Shown here: positions 39,761 through 49,878 of the stretch, piece after piece
Position numbering within the stretch: the first letter of the stretch is position 1
How the letters are laid out: the number at the start of each line of letters is the position of its first letter
Source of the DNA: Deferribacterales bacterium
Lineage (GTDB): Bacteria > Chrysiogenota > Deferribacteres > Deferribacterales > Geovibrionaceae
Reading direction: 5' to 3'
Length of the DNA: 64,000 nucleotides
NCBI GenBank assembly: GCA_050251945.1
Contig: JBFWLW010000006.1
Span: 64,001-128,000, forward strand
The notes under the pieces: generated by a model
Told to the model about the DNA's origin: nothing
The model's database searches: none
Seen by the model: the letters and a program-made list of their open reading frames with translations, nothing else
Made by a program: the position numbers and the translations under genes

Positions 39761-40415
39761 ACTGGTGGAGATCATAACAAAACTGCATAAGAAAACCCAA
39801 AGGGACTACGTTGGAAGAATGGTCGACGAAAAAACACACTGTATGGACGTTGCAAAGCAGTATGGCGCCGATTACTGGGACGGAGACAGGCGCTACGGAT
39901 ACGGCGGGTATAAATATGACGGACGCTGGAAATCAGTTGCGGAAGACCTTATCCGCATGTACGGACTGACAGACGATTCAAAAATCCTTGATGTAGGCTG
40001 CGGAAAGGCTTTTATTCTTTACGAAATAAAGAAAATTCTGCCCGGCTGCCGGATTGCGGGTCTGGACATATCCGAATACGGACTTGCAAACGCAAAAGAG
40101 GAAATAAAAGAATTCCTGTTCAGACACGACGCAACAAAACCTCTTCCGTTCGGCGACAAAGAGTTCGATCTTGTATTCTCCGTTACAACTTTGCATAACT
40201 TTAAAATTTACGAACTCAAAACTGCATTGACAGAGATAGAGCGTGTCGGCAAACAGGGATATGTCATGGTAGAGGCATACAGAAACTCAGTGGAGCTTTT
40301 CAACCTTGAATGCTGGGCGCTGACCTGTGAATCCTTCTTCCGTCCTGACGAATGGATATGGCTCTATAAAGAATTCGGATACACAGGCGATTACGAATTT
40401 ATATATTTTGAGTGA
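39753..40415 (+). CDS. Class I SAM-dependent methyltransferase
   Basis: ILDVGCGK, GLDISEY, LPFGDKEFDLV; conserved-looking YWDGDRRYGYGGY. Confidence 0.88.
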   Translation: MGKLVEIITKLHKKTQRDYVGRMVDEKTHCMDVAKQYGADYWDGDRRYGYGGYKYDGRWKSVAEDLIRMYGLTDDSKILDVGCGKAFILYEIKKILPGCRIAGLDISEYGLANAKEEIKEFLFRHDATKPLPFGDKEFDLVFSVTTLHNFKIYELKTALTEIERVGKQGYVMVEAYRNSVELFNLECWALTCESFFRPDEWIWLYKEFGYTGDYEFIYFE

Positions 40416-40424
40416 TACCTTCCC

Positions 40425-41531
40425 CTATATCTGCTTCATGAGCGCCATGCAGTCTTTAACGATAACATCCATATTATCGTAATGATATTTTCCCATTCTG
40501 CCAAGGCTGTAGCAGTCTTTGGGGAGCATGGACAGATATGAGGCGGCTCTGCTTATCTCCGACTTTATCGGGTAAGGATACAGCTTATTATTAAAACTGG
40601 GGAACTCTATTCCCAAAAGAGTATCGTTCGCCTTATATCCTGTAAGTATCTTGTATTCAACCACTCTCGTATAAGGCTCATCCCCTGCGTAATGTATGAA
40701 ATGATAGGGATCGGGAGTAACCCTCTCAACAGGCAGTATCAGCTTTATGAAGTCTCGTCCTATGTATCTCAGTTCGCCCAGACAGTAATCAAAAACACTG
40801 TCTATGGAGGCGGTATTTATTACTACATCACCGCTGTGCCACTCTCCTGCCGCATATACTCTTTTGTTATCAAGATCAAACTGTTCAACGGGAGAATTGA
40901 AACGGACGTCGCACCCCTGAACGCATATCTCAAAATAATCGTTATATCCGTTGAGTTTCACCGGATATGCAATGAGTTTCTGCCCCTCGAAACACTGCTT
41001 TGATCCTGTTTTCAAAGTTGCGCCTTTCGGGGAAAAGCTGAACTCGTCCAGCTCTTTATTATTCTTTACCTGCCACATTTTTTCAGAATATGTATGGATA
41101 AATTTATTATAAAGCGTTTCCCCTATGGAATTCTGCCAGTACTCCTCAAAGTTCTTTGAATCATCCACGCCTTTTCTGCTGTCAAGTTCGTGCCTGATCT
41201 TGTCATAATCGGGCATATCCTTTATCTCGTCTTCATGTATCGGATATGTATAGAATCGGTCGTCCTGCGAGACATAGGTCATCGTGTGGTGGCTAAGCTC
41301 CCTGAGCTCAAGAAATCTGGTAAAATAGTCATGAACATACATTTCGTGAAGATTTATAAGAAGATGATGCGGACCGAACGTATAAGGGTGTCCATGGTAA
41401 TAATAAGTTCTGCACCCGCCGCCGAGAACGTCCGATTTTTCCAGAAGTTTAACTTTGAATCCTTTTTCTCTGAGCATAAGAGCGGCAGTGCATCCACTGA
41501 AACCTCCGCCGATTATAAGTGCGCTTTTCAT
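40425..41531 (-). CDS. FAD-dependent NDP-pyranose/furanose mutase-like protein (Glf-like)
   Basis: IIGGGFSG, YTFGPH, YSEKMW, YTRVVEYK, YPYP and LGRMGKYHY motifs. Confidence 0.75.
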   Translation of the reverse strand: MKSALIIGGGFSGCTAALMLREKGFKVKLLEKSDVLGGGCRTYYYHGHPYTFGPHHLLINLHEMYVHDYFTRFLELRELSHHTMTYVSQDDRFYTYPIHEDEIKDMPDYDKIRHELDSRKGVDDSKNFEEYWQNSIGETLYNKFIHTYSEKMWQVKNNKELDEFSFSPKGATLKTGSKQCFEGQKLIAYPVKLNGYNDYFEICVQGCDVRFNSPVEQFDLDNKRVYAAGEWHSGDVVINTASIDSVFDYCLGELRYIGRDFIKLILPVERVTPDPYHFIHYAGDEPYTRVVEYKILTGYKANDTLLGIEFPSFNNKLYPYPIKSEISRAASYLSMLPKDCYSLGRMGKYHYDNMDVIVKDCMALMKQI

Positions 41532-41552
41532 GTATATCTCCCGAAGAAAATG

Positions 41553-42302
41553 TTATTTAAGTAAATTTACGAATTCTGATATATCAACTTTTATTTCCGA
41601 TTGTGTCTGAAAATTCTGCCATTCTGCGGCAAGATGCATTATTTCAACACTGCGGTTGTAAAAATCTTCATATTTTATCAAAGATGTCAGAACCTTTATA
41701 TATGCTTCCGTTCCGTTTGCACCGGAAGAATATATCCCGAATATGGAATCATAATTCTTAAGTCCTGAGTAATATACCTGTATGATATCAAGCGGGGAAT
41801 TTATCTTCATCCCCTGCTTTTCTGCAAGCCAGAATATAAAAGCGTGCCTGCTTTCAAAATTTATTTTTAAGCTGTTAAAAAAGCCCATGGGCATAAAGCC
41901 TATCGGCGACCCGAACATTGAGAGTTTGCCAAGATTTGCGAGGAAGAAAAAGAATCTGTTGGTACTGTTAATAAAAATATCCGAACGGTACGCGTAAACA
42001 TAGCCTTTGTCTTCAACATTGATGATTCTGTCCTTATTTCCGCGGCGGATAAGTTCACGCCCGATATCTGACGTACCGCTGTCCGCAAAAACAACATTCT
42101 CATTAACTTTAAAAGCCGCCTCCAGTACATCGCAGAAGACGGGAACAGATGCGTCGTCGAGGTCCTCACAACCGAGCACCTTCATTCCGGTTCCAGAGCT
42201 GTAAGGCTCAAATCCTGACACATTTCCGCTTTTGATCGAATAAACGATACAGGCGTTTTCAACGTCTTCTTTATATTTGTTAAGTGATTCAGGCGAGATC
42301 AT
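41553..42302 (-). CDS. Hypothetical protein
   Basis: 249-aa ORF coupled to its neighbours; no motif recognised. Confidence 0.7.
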   Translation of the reverse strand: MISPESLNKYKEDVENACIVYSIKSGNVSGFEPYSSGTGMKVLGCEDLDDASVPVFCDVLEAAFKVNENVVFADSGTSDIGRELIRRGNKDRIINVEDKGYVYAYRSDIFINSTNRFFFFLANLGKLSMFGSPIGFMPMGFFNSLKINFESRHAFIFWLAEKQGMKINSPLDIIQVYYSGLKNYDSIFGIYSSGANGTEAYIKVLTSLIKYEDFYNRSVEIMHLAAEWQNFQTQSEIKVDISEFVNLLK

Positions 42303-43683
42303 TTTCTTTCCATGAATCTTTTATTTTTGACAGCAATTCCTGTTTTGTATACTTCTTAAGCCCTGCGGGTCTTTTAACCGGAAAGCCGTAACGCTCTGCT
42401 TCCGGCAGGCAAAAATAAGGTCTCATGTTCGCAGGATCGTAACTTTTCTCAAACAGTTCATTGCCCTCGCGAATAAAAACACCCCAATTTCTTGCAACTG
42501 TCCAGCCTTTATATATTTGCGGAAGTTCCACGGCAGATTTCAGTAACGCCGCCGTTTCCGCCATTACGTGCCTGATCTCATCACTCTGCGTCTTGATCAG
42601 ATAATAATCTATCGATTCGTTTTTCAATTCAGATTTCGCGATACACCTGCAACCTTCTATGCTGCCTGTGACAAAATCATCGTAAATAAGCACTTCTCTG
42701 AACTGCTCCGTAAAATCGGGATTTGACGCTAGGCATCTGTTTTCTCTGCTTGCCGGCATCAGAAGAATGGTTTTATCTCTGTAGTCCCCTCTTGGAATGT
42801 TAAAGTTCGCTCTTCGCAGAAATACAGGCGCAAATTTATGGTCATACAAAACAGACATAAGATGATCATTATCAAAATAAGTCGGATTTCCAAATCCGTA
42901 CGCAATGAAAACACCGTCAGGCTTAAGTTTTTTTGATATGAGTTCCAGATAATCAAGAAGAGCATCCACTGAGAACTCCAGCAGATTGGCATTTGAGAAA
43001 ATAATATCGTAACTGATACCGGAGTTTTTCAGAACGTTCAGTTTCCACCACGGATACTGGACACATCTTTTTTCCGTTTCCACACTTTCGATGTACTGTT
43101 CCTGCGGGATATACACGTCGCTATTTCTTGTATAAAATCCGTCACAGGAAAAATTCACCTCAGCGGCAGTCTGCCTGAAACCGCTGCCGTAAAGATATGT
43201 ATTCTGATAATGGTTAAGCATATAAAAGCTTTCACAGGCTTCCACCTGATGATAACTTATTTCATTATGCCTGCTGAGATAAAACGCCAGCAATCCGTTG
43301 CCCGGACCTATATCAAGTATATTCCGGTTAGGCATCTTCATTATAAGGTTATAGAGCAGCAAATCTTTCAGCATGTTCTCAAACGGAACTATGAGAGGTC
43401 TGACATCAAAATGCTGCCTCTGGAATCTCAGAACATCCACCGCAACACTGACAAGAATTTCAAGCTCTTTGTCTGAAAGTCCGCCAAGCTCGTCCATTAT
43501 GGGGGCATATATCCCTTCTGACATAGTGTTCAGTATCTGTCTTAAATGAGAGATATTTTTCACCCGTACGGGGTAACCGTTCTTTTCAAAAACATCAAGC
43601 GAGTGGCGCGCCTTTTCACGCCAGTTGCTAAGCAGTCTGGAATGCAAATCTTCGTTTTCTCTGTAAAGGTTTATATCAAGCAT
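42289..43683 (-). CDS. Putative sugar methyltransferase (class I SAM)
   Basis: ILDIGPGNG, YDIIFSN, LKPDG. AGGTG RBS supports the ATG at 43683. Confidence 0.72.
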   Translation of the reverse strand: MLDINLYRENEDLHSRLLSNWREKARHSLDVFEKNGYPVRVKNISHLRQILNTMSEGIYAPIMDELGGLSDKELEILVSVAVDVLRFQRQHFDVRPLIVPFENMLKDLLLYNLIMKMPNRNILDIGPGNGLLAFYLSRHNEISYHQVEACESFYMLNHYQNTYLYGSGFRQTAAEVNFSCDGFYTRNSDVYIPQEQYIESVETEKRCVQYPWWKLNVLKNSGISYDIIFSNANLLEFSVDALLDYLELISKKLKPDGVFIAYGFGNPTYFDNDHLMSVLYDHKFAPVFLRRANFNIPRGDYRDKTILLMPASRENRCLASNPDFTEQFREVLIYDDFVTGSIEGCRCIAKSELKNESIDYYLIKTQSDEIRHVMAETAALLKSAVELPQIYKGWTVARNWGVFIREGNELFEKSYDPANMRPYFCLPEAERYGFPVKRPAGLKKYTKQELLSKIKDSWKENDLA

Positions 43684-44458
43684 TCTGTTCACCTGAAATA
43701 ACACGGTTTAAGACGCTTTCTTCATAAGCTTTTCTGACATACAAAGCATCCACCCAGCAGGTTTTACCAAGTCTGATATTCTTATAGATATGTGATATGT
43801 CGTAAAGAGCGTAACCGAAAGGGATAATATGCGATTCGAGAGCATAGAAGGAGTTGCCTTTCCCGTAAAGGTCATCGAAAGACAGCTCGGTGAGAATAAT
43901 ATCCACTCTGCCTGCTCCGATCATTTCCGCCGCACCTTTCAGCACCTCGTTTTCAAACCCCTGCACATCTATCTTAAGCAAGTTGATATGCCCGATACCG
44001 TTTTCCCTGCAATAGCCGTCGATGGTGAGAACCCTGCACTCCTGCGTATTTGCAGGCTGTGTGAGACATCTGTTCACTTTCTTATGGCTCTGTGATCTGA
44101 CAGCCATTGAATCGCTTGATATCCTGTTAAAGCTGTTCGCCGTCGATTCTTCATATTTATAAAGGGTTATAATATCTTCGGACGCTCCCAGCCCCGCGTT
44201 TACGGCTGTTACATCCCGATAATCCGCGCATTTGGACTTCAGAATATCAAAACAATCTGAATCCGGTTCAAAAGAGTGGATGACGGCATCCGGCACTTTT
44301 TGTTTAAAACCGGCGACGCTCTGCCCGATATTCGCGCCCACGTCAAAAATGACCGGTTTATCAATATCCTTCAGAAGCAGATCAAATATCCTGTCTCTGT
44401 TAAAGAAGCTTTTATCCAGCTCGTTTATTTTATATATTTTATATTTTCCAAATCTCAA
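43676..44458 (-). CDS. FkbM-family methyltransferase
   Basis: FDVGANIG, SFEP and LLKIDVQGFE motifs. Confidence 0.9.
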   Translation of the reverse strand: MRFGKYKIYKINELDKSFFNRDRIFDLLLKDIDKPVIFDVGANIGQSVAGFKQKVPDAVIHSFEPDSDCFDILKSKCADYRDVTAVNAGLGASEDIITLYKYEESTANSFNRISSDSMAVRSQSHKKVNRCLTQPANTQECRVLTIDGYCRENGIGHINLLKIDVQGFENEVLKGAAEMIGAGRVDIILTELSFDDLYGKGNSFYALESHIIPFGYALYDISHIYKNIRLGKTCWVDALYVRKAYEESVLNRVISGEQNA

Positions 44459-45246
44459 GAAAGCACCCCGTTTTTATGCATCATATGTCTTTTTCGCACC
44501 CATTCGTCAAAATGAGACATGTCGCGGCACGGCGAAAAATCGTATTTCTTTACGGCTTTATCAATAGACAAACTGAAAAAAGGTTTAGGCGTATTTTTAC
44601 GGTCAACAAAAGAAGACGATCCCGTGACAGCAACTACCTTCTCAGCCATACCGCCGAGCGTTGTGACCGCTCCAGTTCTCAGATTAACTATATCAAAACC
44701 TTCAAGCGGACGCAGTACAGAAATAAAACCGGCTATTTCATTTACACTTATAAAATTACTGAACTCTTTGTCACTGTTGTATAAAACAATATCTTCGTTC
44801 CTCTCTGCCCGGCAGAATATGCGGGATGGAAGGTTTGTAGTATTTTTTAGACCAAGAACGGCAGGGATGCGCAGGCATAGAGCGTTTATCCCGCTCTCTC
44901 TTATCATGGATTCTCCCATGAGCTTGCTGGCACCGTATAAAGACGCTTCATAACAGGGTGAATCCTCCGTAAGAACACCCGACGGATTGTCCCCGTATAC
45001 GGACGCCGCCGAAAAGAAGATAAAATCGCGTACCTTACCGGATAGGCATTTATCAAGGATTTCCTGCAGATAGACTAAATTTGACGTAATTATATCCGTT
45101 GCGGATGACGGCGGCGATTTCGCTGCCATGTGAAAAACCCTGTCCGCTTCGGAAATGTTTCCGGTTATCTCCGCTCCCTCAGAACGCAGAACCTCCGCCA
45201 GCATAGACCCGACGTCGCCCTGATCGCCTGTCAGAAACAGTTTCAT
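44455..45246 (-). CDS. NAD-dependent epimerase/dehydratase (SDR)
   Basis: TGDQGDVG, HMAA, SAASVYG and YGASK motifs. Confidence 0.85.
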   Translation of the reverse strand: MKLFLTGDQGDVGSMLAEVLRSEGAEITGNISEADRVFHMAAKSPPSSATDIITSNLVYLQEILDKCLSGKVRDFIFFSAASVYGDNPSGVLTEDSPCYEASLYGASKLMGESMIRESGINALCLRIPAVLGLKNTTNLPSRIFCRAERNEDIVLYNSDKEFSNFISVNEIAGFISVLRPLEGFDIVNLRTGAVTTLGGMAEKVVAVTGSSSFVDRKNTPKPFFSLSIDKAVKKYDFSPCRDMSHFDEWVRKRHMMHKNGVLS

Positions 45247-46317
45247 TTAGACAAACCTCAGATGTTCTCTGTCGGCATCAAGATATTCCAGTATCATCCT
45301 GTTCTTTTCGTTGGCAACACAGTGGTGCGAACAGACATGCGACGGATTTATCTTAAAAAACTTATCTTTGTCAGAGAACCAGAAGTCTTTGAATCTGATA
45401 TCTTTTATGCTGCCGATAAGCGCTTCGGAAATATTGTACGCTTTGTCCTGACAAGGATAAACGTTCTGGTCTGCTCCGATAACAGGAAGTATCTGAAGAA
45501 ACGGACACCAGTTATATGATTTTGAAAAAGATTCCAGCTGAGTGTGATAAGCTTCAAAAACCTCAAAAGAATCATCTTCCAGCGTATTTTTAACTTTCAG
45601 ACACTCTGCTTTTGCTTCATTGAATATTGAGCTGTGATATTCGTTGTTCTCCGCACCGCTGTTGCTCACTATACATGGGGAAAGCTTGATGCTGTCCGCT
45701 CCCAAATCCTTCATTTGTGAAGCAAAATCATATATATGCCTGTAGTTTTTGTTATCTATTATAAAAGAAAGACCGAGAAAGCACCTGCCGTTCAGTTTTT
45801 TGAATTCAGATATATTCTTGATGAGCTTGGAAAATTCGCCTTCTTTCACAGACCTGTATTCGGAGTAGCTTTTATCATCCCACCCGTCAACTGAGATGCG
45901 AAGCCATGAAGCGTAATGTGCAAAATATTCAGCGGGTTTTCCTTTGAGCATGGATCCGTTTGTAAGCGCTGCGAAACGGATATCCGTTTCTGAAAGCGCT
46001 TTAAGAACATCCTCGAAATACGGATAACTGAAAGGTTCGCCGCCGCCGCTGAACGTTATCGCTTTAACGCCCATTTCGGCACAGTCTTCAATGATCTCAA
46101 GCATCTTTTTCCGTGGTATCATGTCCTTGACATTCATATCCTGCCCCAGCTGCAAATTCTCCGACCTGTAGGCACAATACCAGCAGTTGTGATTGCATCT
46201 GTTGGTGGGTTTTATGCGGATATGCACAGGGGCAAGAACAGCAGGATTTTCAGCAGGCAGAGAATCCAGTTTATCCTTAAAATGAAATATTTTATATTTT
46301 GTATATTTCTGACTCAT
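45247..46317 (-). CDS. Radical SAM protein 3 with SPASM/twitch-like domain
   Basis: CNHNCWYC, FSGGGEP, C-terminal CPF..VYPC..CSHHC. Confidence 0.92.
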   Translation of the reverse strand: MSQKYTKYKIFHFKDKLDSLPAENPAVLAPVHIRIKPTNRCNHNCWYCAYRSENLQLGQDMNVKDMIPRKKMLEIIEDCAEMGVKAITFSGGGEPFSYPYFEDVLKALSETDIRFAALTNGSMLKGKPAEYFAHYASWLRISVDGWDDKSYSEYRSVKEGEFSKLIKNISEFKKLNGRCFLGLSFIIDNKNYRHIYDFASQMKDLGADSIKLSPCIVSNSGAENNEYHSSIFNEAKAECLKVKNTLEDDSFEVFEAYHTQLESFSKSYNWCPFLQILPVIGADQNVYPCQDKAYNISEALIGSIKDIRFKDFWFSDKDKFFKINPSHVCSHHCVANEKNRMILEYLDADREHLRFV

Positions 46318-46320
46318 ATA

Positions 46321-47205
46321 TTATTCCGCTTTTTTATTAACGAACAGATAGTTGCTCATATCTTTGTTATGCATAAGTTCTGAGTTCTCTTTCAATTCCA
46401 GAACATAACCGAGTTCTTCAAAAAACCGGAAAACATGCTCATGCTCTTTCATGCTGATATCCAGTTCGATATAGACCTCTTTTGCTTTCAGAAGTGTTTC
46501 CTTCATTCCTGCCAGAACTTTAGGCTCGTTGCCGTCAACGTCAATTTTTATTTTTGTGGGGACCGGCGCATCGTATAGCTTTATAAAGTCATCTATGCTC
46601 ATAGTAAGGCATTGCATGGTAAAAGACTTTTCTTTGTTGATATTATAAGGCGGTTCCCCGCCGACGTTATTGAAAGCTCCGCCTTTGGTGAACTCGCGTA
46701 CAAAAAAAGTTTCCAGCCCTGTACCGCTGTCCGCAGCCAAAGGAACTATGGTGCACCTGTCCAGTATCCCGTTCATAAAAAGATTTTCATAAAGAACCTG
46801 AACGTTGTTCAGTTCCGGTTCAAAGCTGAACACACGCAGTTTTTTGTGAACAGCGGCAGAATAAACGGAATACATGCCTACATTTGCCCCTATATCATAG
46901 AAAACGTCGTCGTCTTTAAAGCCGTTTATCCAGTCGATGATCATGCGTTCTTCGTCAAAAAGCGATTTGGCACGCCACAGAAGCCTTCCGTGGTCGCTTT
47001 TAAAAAGTGCCGTGCTGCCTCCGCCAAGATCCACCTCTATACACGAATGAAGCTTCTGCCTCAATTCAATTGCCAGCCTGTTGTTTGAGTTGAGCCTGAA
47101 CAGAAATATTATAATATCCGCCGCTCTTCTCAGTATCCTGACAGCAATATTCGGTTTATAGCCGAACTGGGCATGTTTCTTAGGATTTGTATCAAAAATT
47201 CCCAT
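46321..47205 (-). CDS. FkbM-family methyltransferase
   Basis: YDIGANVG, SFEP and IKIDVDGNE motifs. Confidence 0.9.
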   Translation of the reverse strand: MGIFDTNPKKHAQFGYKPNIAVRILRRAADIIIFLFRLNSNNRLAIELRQKLHSCIEVDLGGGSTALFKSDHGRLLWRAKSLFDEERMIIDWINGFKDDDVFYDIGANVGMYSVYSAAVHKKLRVFSFEPELNNVQVLYENLFMNGILDRCTIVPLAADSGTGLETFFVREFTKGGAFNNVGGEPPYNINKEKSFTMQCLTMSIDDFIKLYDAPVPTKIKIDVDGNEPKVLAGMKETLLKAKEVYIELDISMKEHEHVFRFFEELGYVLELKENSELMHNKDMSNYLFVNKKAE

Positions 47206-47218
47206 TATATAGCTCCAC

Positions 47219-48280
47219 TCAATTTTTTCCGTAGCACGATTTGCAGATCATAGGGATATCACCTTTAAGATGTGTCTTTCTGAACTCTTCAAAAACTTCG
47301 CCAAACCATAGTTTGTTAAAATCTTCATATCTCCCCAGATTCATAATGGACGGATCGGCTATTATGCAGCAGGGAACGATATATCTGTCTGAAGTGAGCA
47401 AAAATCTTTCAAAAGGCCAGAAACATATATTCTCATCGGAAAATCTGTCGGCAGCGAACCAGAAAGTGAGTTCCACCCCGCAGTCCGACGCTTTTTCTGT
47501 GACATTTTCTATCCATTCGCCGCCCATGTTGAAAAGCCGCTGCCCTTTGTTATCAACGGCAACGCTTGAGGTATTGAACCAGTCGCGCAGTTCCAGACTC
47601 ATGGTAAGTCTTTTAAACCCCATCTCGGCGGCAATTTCAACAAGACCCGCCGCCTCGTGAATATTCTGCTGCTGAAGAACGCTCCACATGCGGGTCATAT
47701 CAATGCCGGTTTCTCTGCAATACCCGTTAAGCTTCTTACAATTATCAACTATCCTGTTAAAATCGGCGCCTGTTCTTATCTTTTCAAACGTCTCTTTTGT
47801 TGCGCCGTCAAATGAAACCTGCAATTCTCCGACATTCGCGTCTATGATCCTTTTATAGTTTTCATTCAGGTGCAGAACGGAACCGTTGGTAGTTGTCCTG
47901 ACCCAGATATACCTTTCGGAAGCATATTTGACCATGTCAGGAAATTCTTTCTGCAAAAAAGGTTCGCCTATCCCCTGTATCTTTATTTCAACAAGTCCGT
48001 ACTGGTCGTCAATAAAACTCTTAAAATCATCCAGCGAGAGATCCTCCGCTCTTGAATATCTGCCGTAAGACGGAAACAGACAATGGGCGCACCTGAAATT
48101 ACACCTGCTGACGTTCTCAATGTCCGCTTTAACAGGCATGTAATCCACTTTGACCTTTTTCCCTGATGCTTTAAATTTCGTATAATTTTCAAGGCGTTCA
48201 GGATATTTTTCAAATCCGGAGTTCATCATGGCGTCATATCTGACGGAGTCTGGCTTTGGGACAGGCAAAGAGAATTTCAA
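47219..48280 (-). CDS. Radical SAM protein 4 with SPASM/twitch-like domain
   Basis: CNFRCAHC, GIGEP, C-terminal CFWP..VPCC..CKSC. Confidence 0.92.
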   Translation of the reverse strand: MKFSLPVPKPDSVRYDAMMNSGFEKYPERLENYTKFKASGKKVKVDYMPVKADIENVSRCNFRCAHCLFPSYGRYSRAEDLSLDDFKSFIDDQYGLVEIKIQGIGEPFLQKEFPDMVKYASERYIWVRTTTNGSVLHLNENYKRIIDANVGELQVSFDGATKETFEKIRTGADFNRIVDNCKKLNGYCRETGIDMTRMWSVLQQQNIHEAAGLVEIAAEMGFKRLTMSLELRDWFNTSSVAVDNKGQRLFNMGGEWIENVTEKASDCGVELTFWFAADRFSDENICFWPFERFLLTSDRYIVPCCIIADPSIMNLGRYEDFNKLWFGEVFEEFRKTHLKGDIPMICKSCYGKN

Positions 48281-48486
48281 ACTGCACCTTTTATAAAACG
48301 GAATATTTTCTGAAATTTCATTACAAAAACATATTATATTTTATCGGATACAATATCAATAATATAAGGCTCCGATGATTTATCAGTGACCAAAATCAAA
48401 CGTGACAATACATGCTTTTTATATTATTTTCAAAAAACCATATTATTAATATAAATCAGCAAAAACAAATCTGAGAGAAAATTATC

Positions 48487-49878
48487 ATGCAAAACAGCAA
48501 TTCATCAATATTCGCCAGTTCGCACCCGAAATGCGGTACAAACCTTCTGCAGGCTATTCTCTCCGCAATAACAGGATACAGAGATTTTTTCGACTGTTTT
48601 GAAGATTATAAACAGACACTGCATGATATGGTCATTGAGCAATACGGCACAAAGCCCGTTGACCACGAAAACATGATAGAGATAGGAGCCCGTGTCTTTT
48701 TTAAAGAAAACGGTCTCGATGTCACACTAAGACTTGAAAGAGAGAACAAGCAATACGAATTTTTCACAATTTTTCTGGATTTTGATTTCGTCAAAAATAT
48801 CCTCGGCGCCGATCCGTTCTTCTATGCGCACCACGCGGCACCAGCCGATTTTATTAACAGTAAATTCGGCAGTCTCGTTAAACATAAAATATTTATCATA
48901 AGAGATTTCAGAGATGTCGTAAATTCATACAACAAATTTGTAACCCAATCCGAAGCACACTATAACCTCATGAACGTTTTAAACGATTACGACAGCTTTC
49001 AGAAGATCCAGTATTTTAATCTGGACAGATTTCATTATCTTGCTGGCACATGGAAGCAATATGTTACGCAATATCTTGGCATGAAAGATAATATGCTGTT
49101 CATCAGATATGAAGACCTCGTAAGCTCCCCCGAAAAAGAAATAAAAAAACTTGCAGATTACATAGGACAAGATATAGACGACGCAAAAATTGCAGATATC
49201 ATCTCGAAATATATGAATGTCAACCTTGCTGACGTTGAAAGCTACCACAAATTTTTCAGACATTATTCAGGTTCTGAGAAACGAACGGGTGAGTGGAGCC
49301 TCTTTTTCAATGATTATCTCACTGAAAAAGCCAAAGAACTGGTCGGCGACCTGCTTGTGGCACTTGGATACGAAAATGACAGCAGCTGGACTCAGGAAAA
49401 ACATTCACTCCCCCAACTATCTGATTTCAAAGTAAGGCTCGACAATGCATGCAGGCATTACGATCTCGAATTTTCCAGAACAAATGCTGTCATGTATATC
49501 AAAAATATAAATTCCATCATTGCTGATAACAAAGTCGTTTTTTACGGTGCAGGCTCTTATATGCAGCGTCTGCTGAAGGTGTTGGATCATAAAGAAAACA
49601 TCATGTTTTGCGTGGACGACAATGCGCAGAAACTCGGAAGCCGGACAGGGGAACTCCCTGTTTATGATAATAAAGCGCTGATAGAAAAATTTATGGATTA
49701 TGATCTTGTAATGCTCACCGTAAACCATGAGTACAGTTTCAATCTCCGGCATAATCTAAATCAATTTGAGTTTCCGTCCTTCAAAGTTCTCGATATCTTC
49801 AATCATGACATTGACATACTGACTCTGTCAGACACAAACATACTTATGCTGAAACAAGAGTTATACGGTAATGGATAA
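48487..49878 (+). CDS. Sulfotransferase with C-terminal Rossmann-like accessory domain
   Basis: PAPS-binding SHPKCGT, IIRDFRDVVNS and IRYEDL motifs. Confidence 0.85.
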   Translation: MQNSNSSIFASSHPKCGTNLLQAILSAITGYRDFFDCFEDYKQTLHDMVIEQYGTKPVDHENMIEIGARVFFKENGLDVTLRLERENKQYEFFTIFLDFDFVKNILGADPFFYAHHAAPADFINSKFGSLVKHKIFIIRDFRDVVNSYNKFVTQSEAHYNLMNVLNDYDSFQKIQYFNLDRFHYLAGTWKQYVTQYLGMKDNMLFIRYEDLVSSPEKEIKKLADYIGQDIDDAKIADIISKYMNVNLADVESYHKFFRHYSGSEKRTGEWSLFFNDYLTEKAKELVGDLLVALGYENDSSWTQEKHSLPQLSDFKVRLDNACRHYDLEFSRTNAVMYIKNINSIIADNKVVFYGAGSYMQRLLKVLDHKENIMFCVDDNAQKLGSRTGELPVYDNKALIEKFMDYDLVMLTVNHEYSFNLRHNLNQFEFPSFKVLDIFNHDIDILTLSDTNILMLKQELYGNG

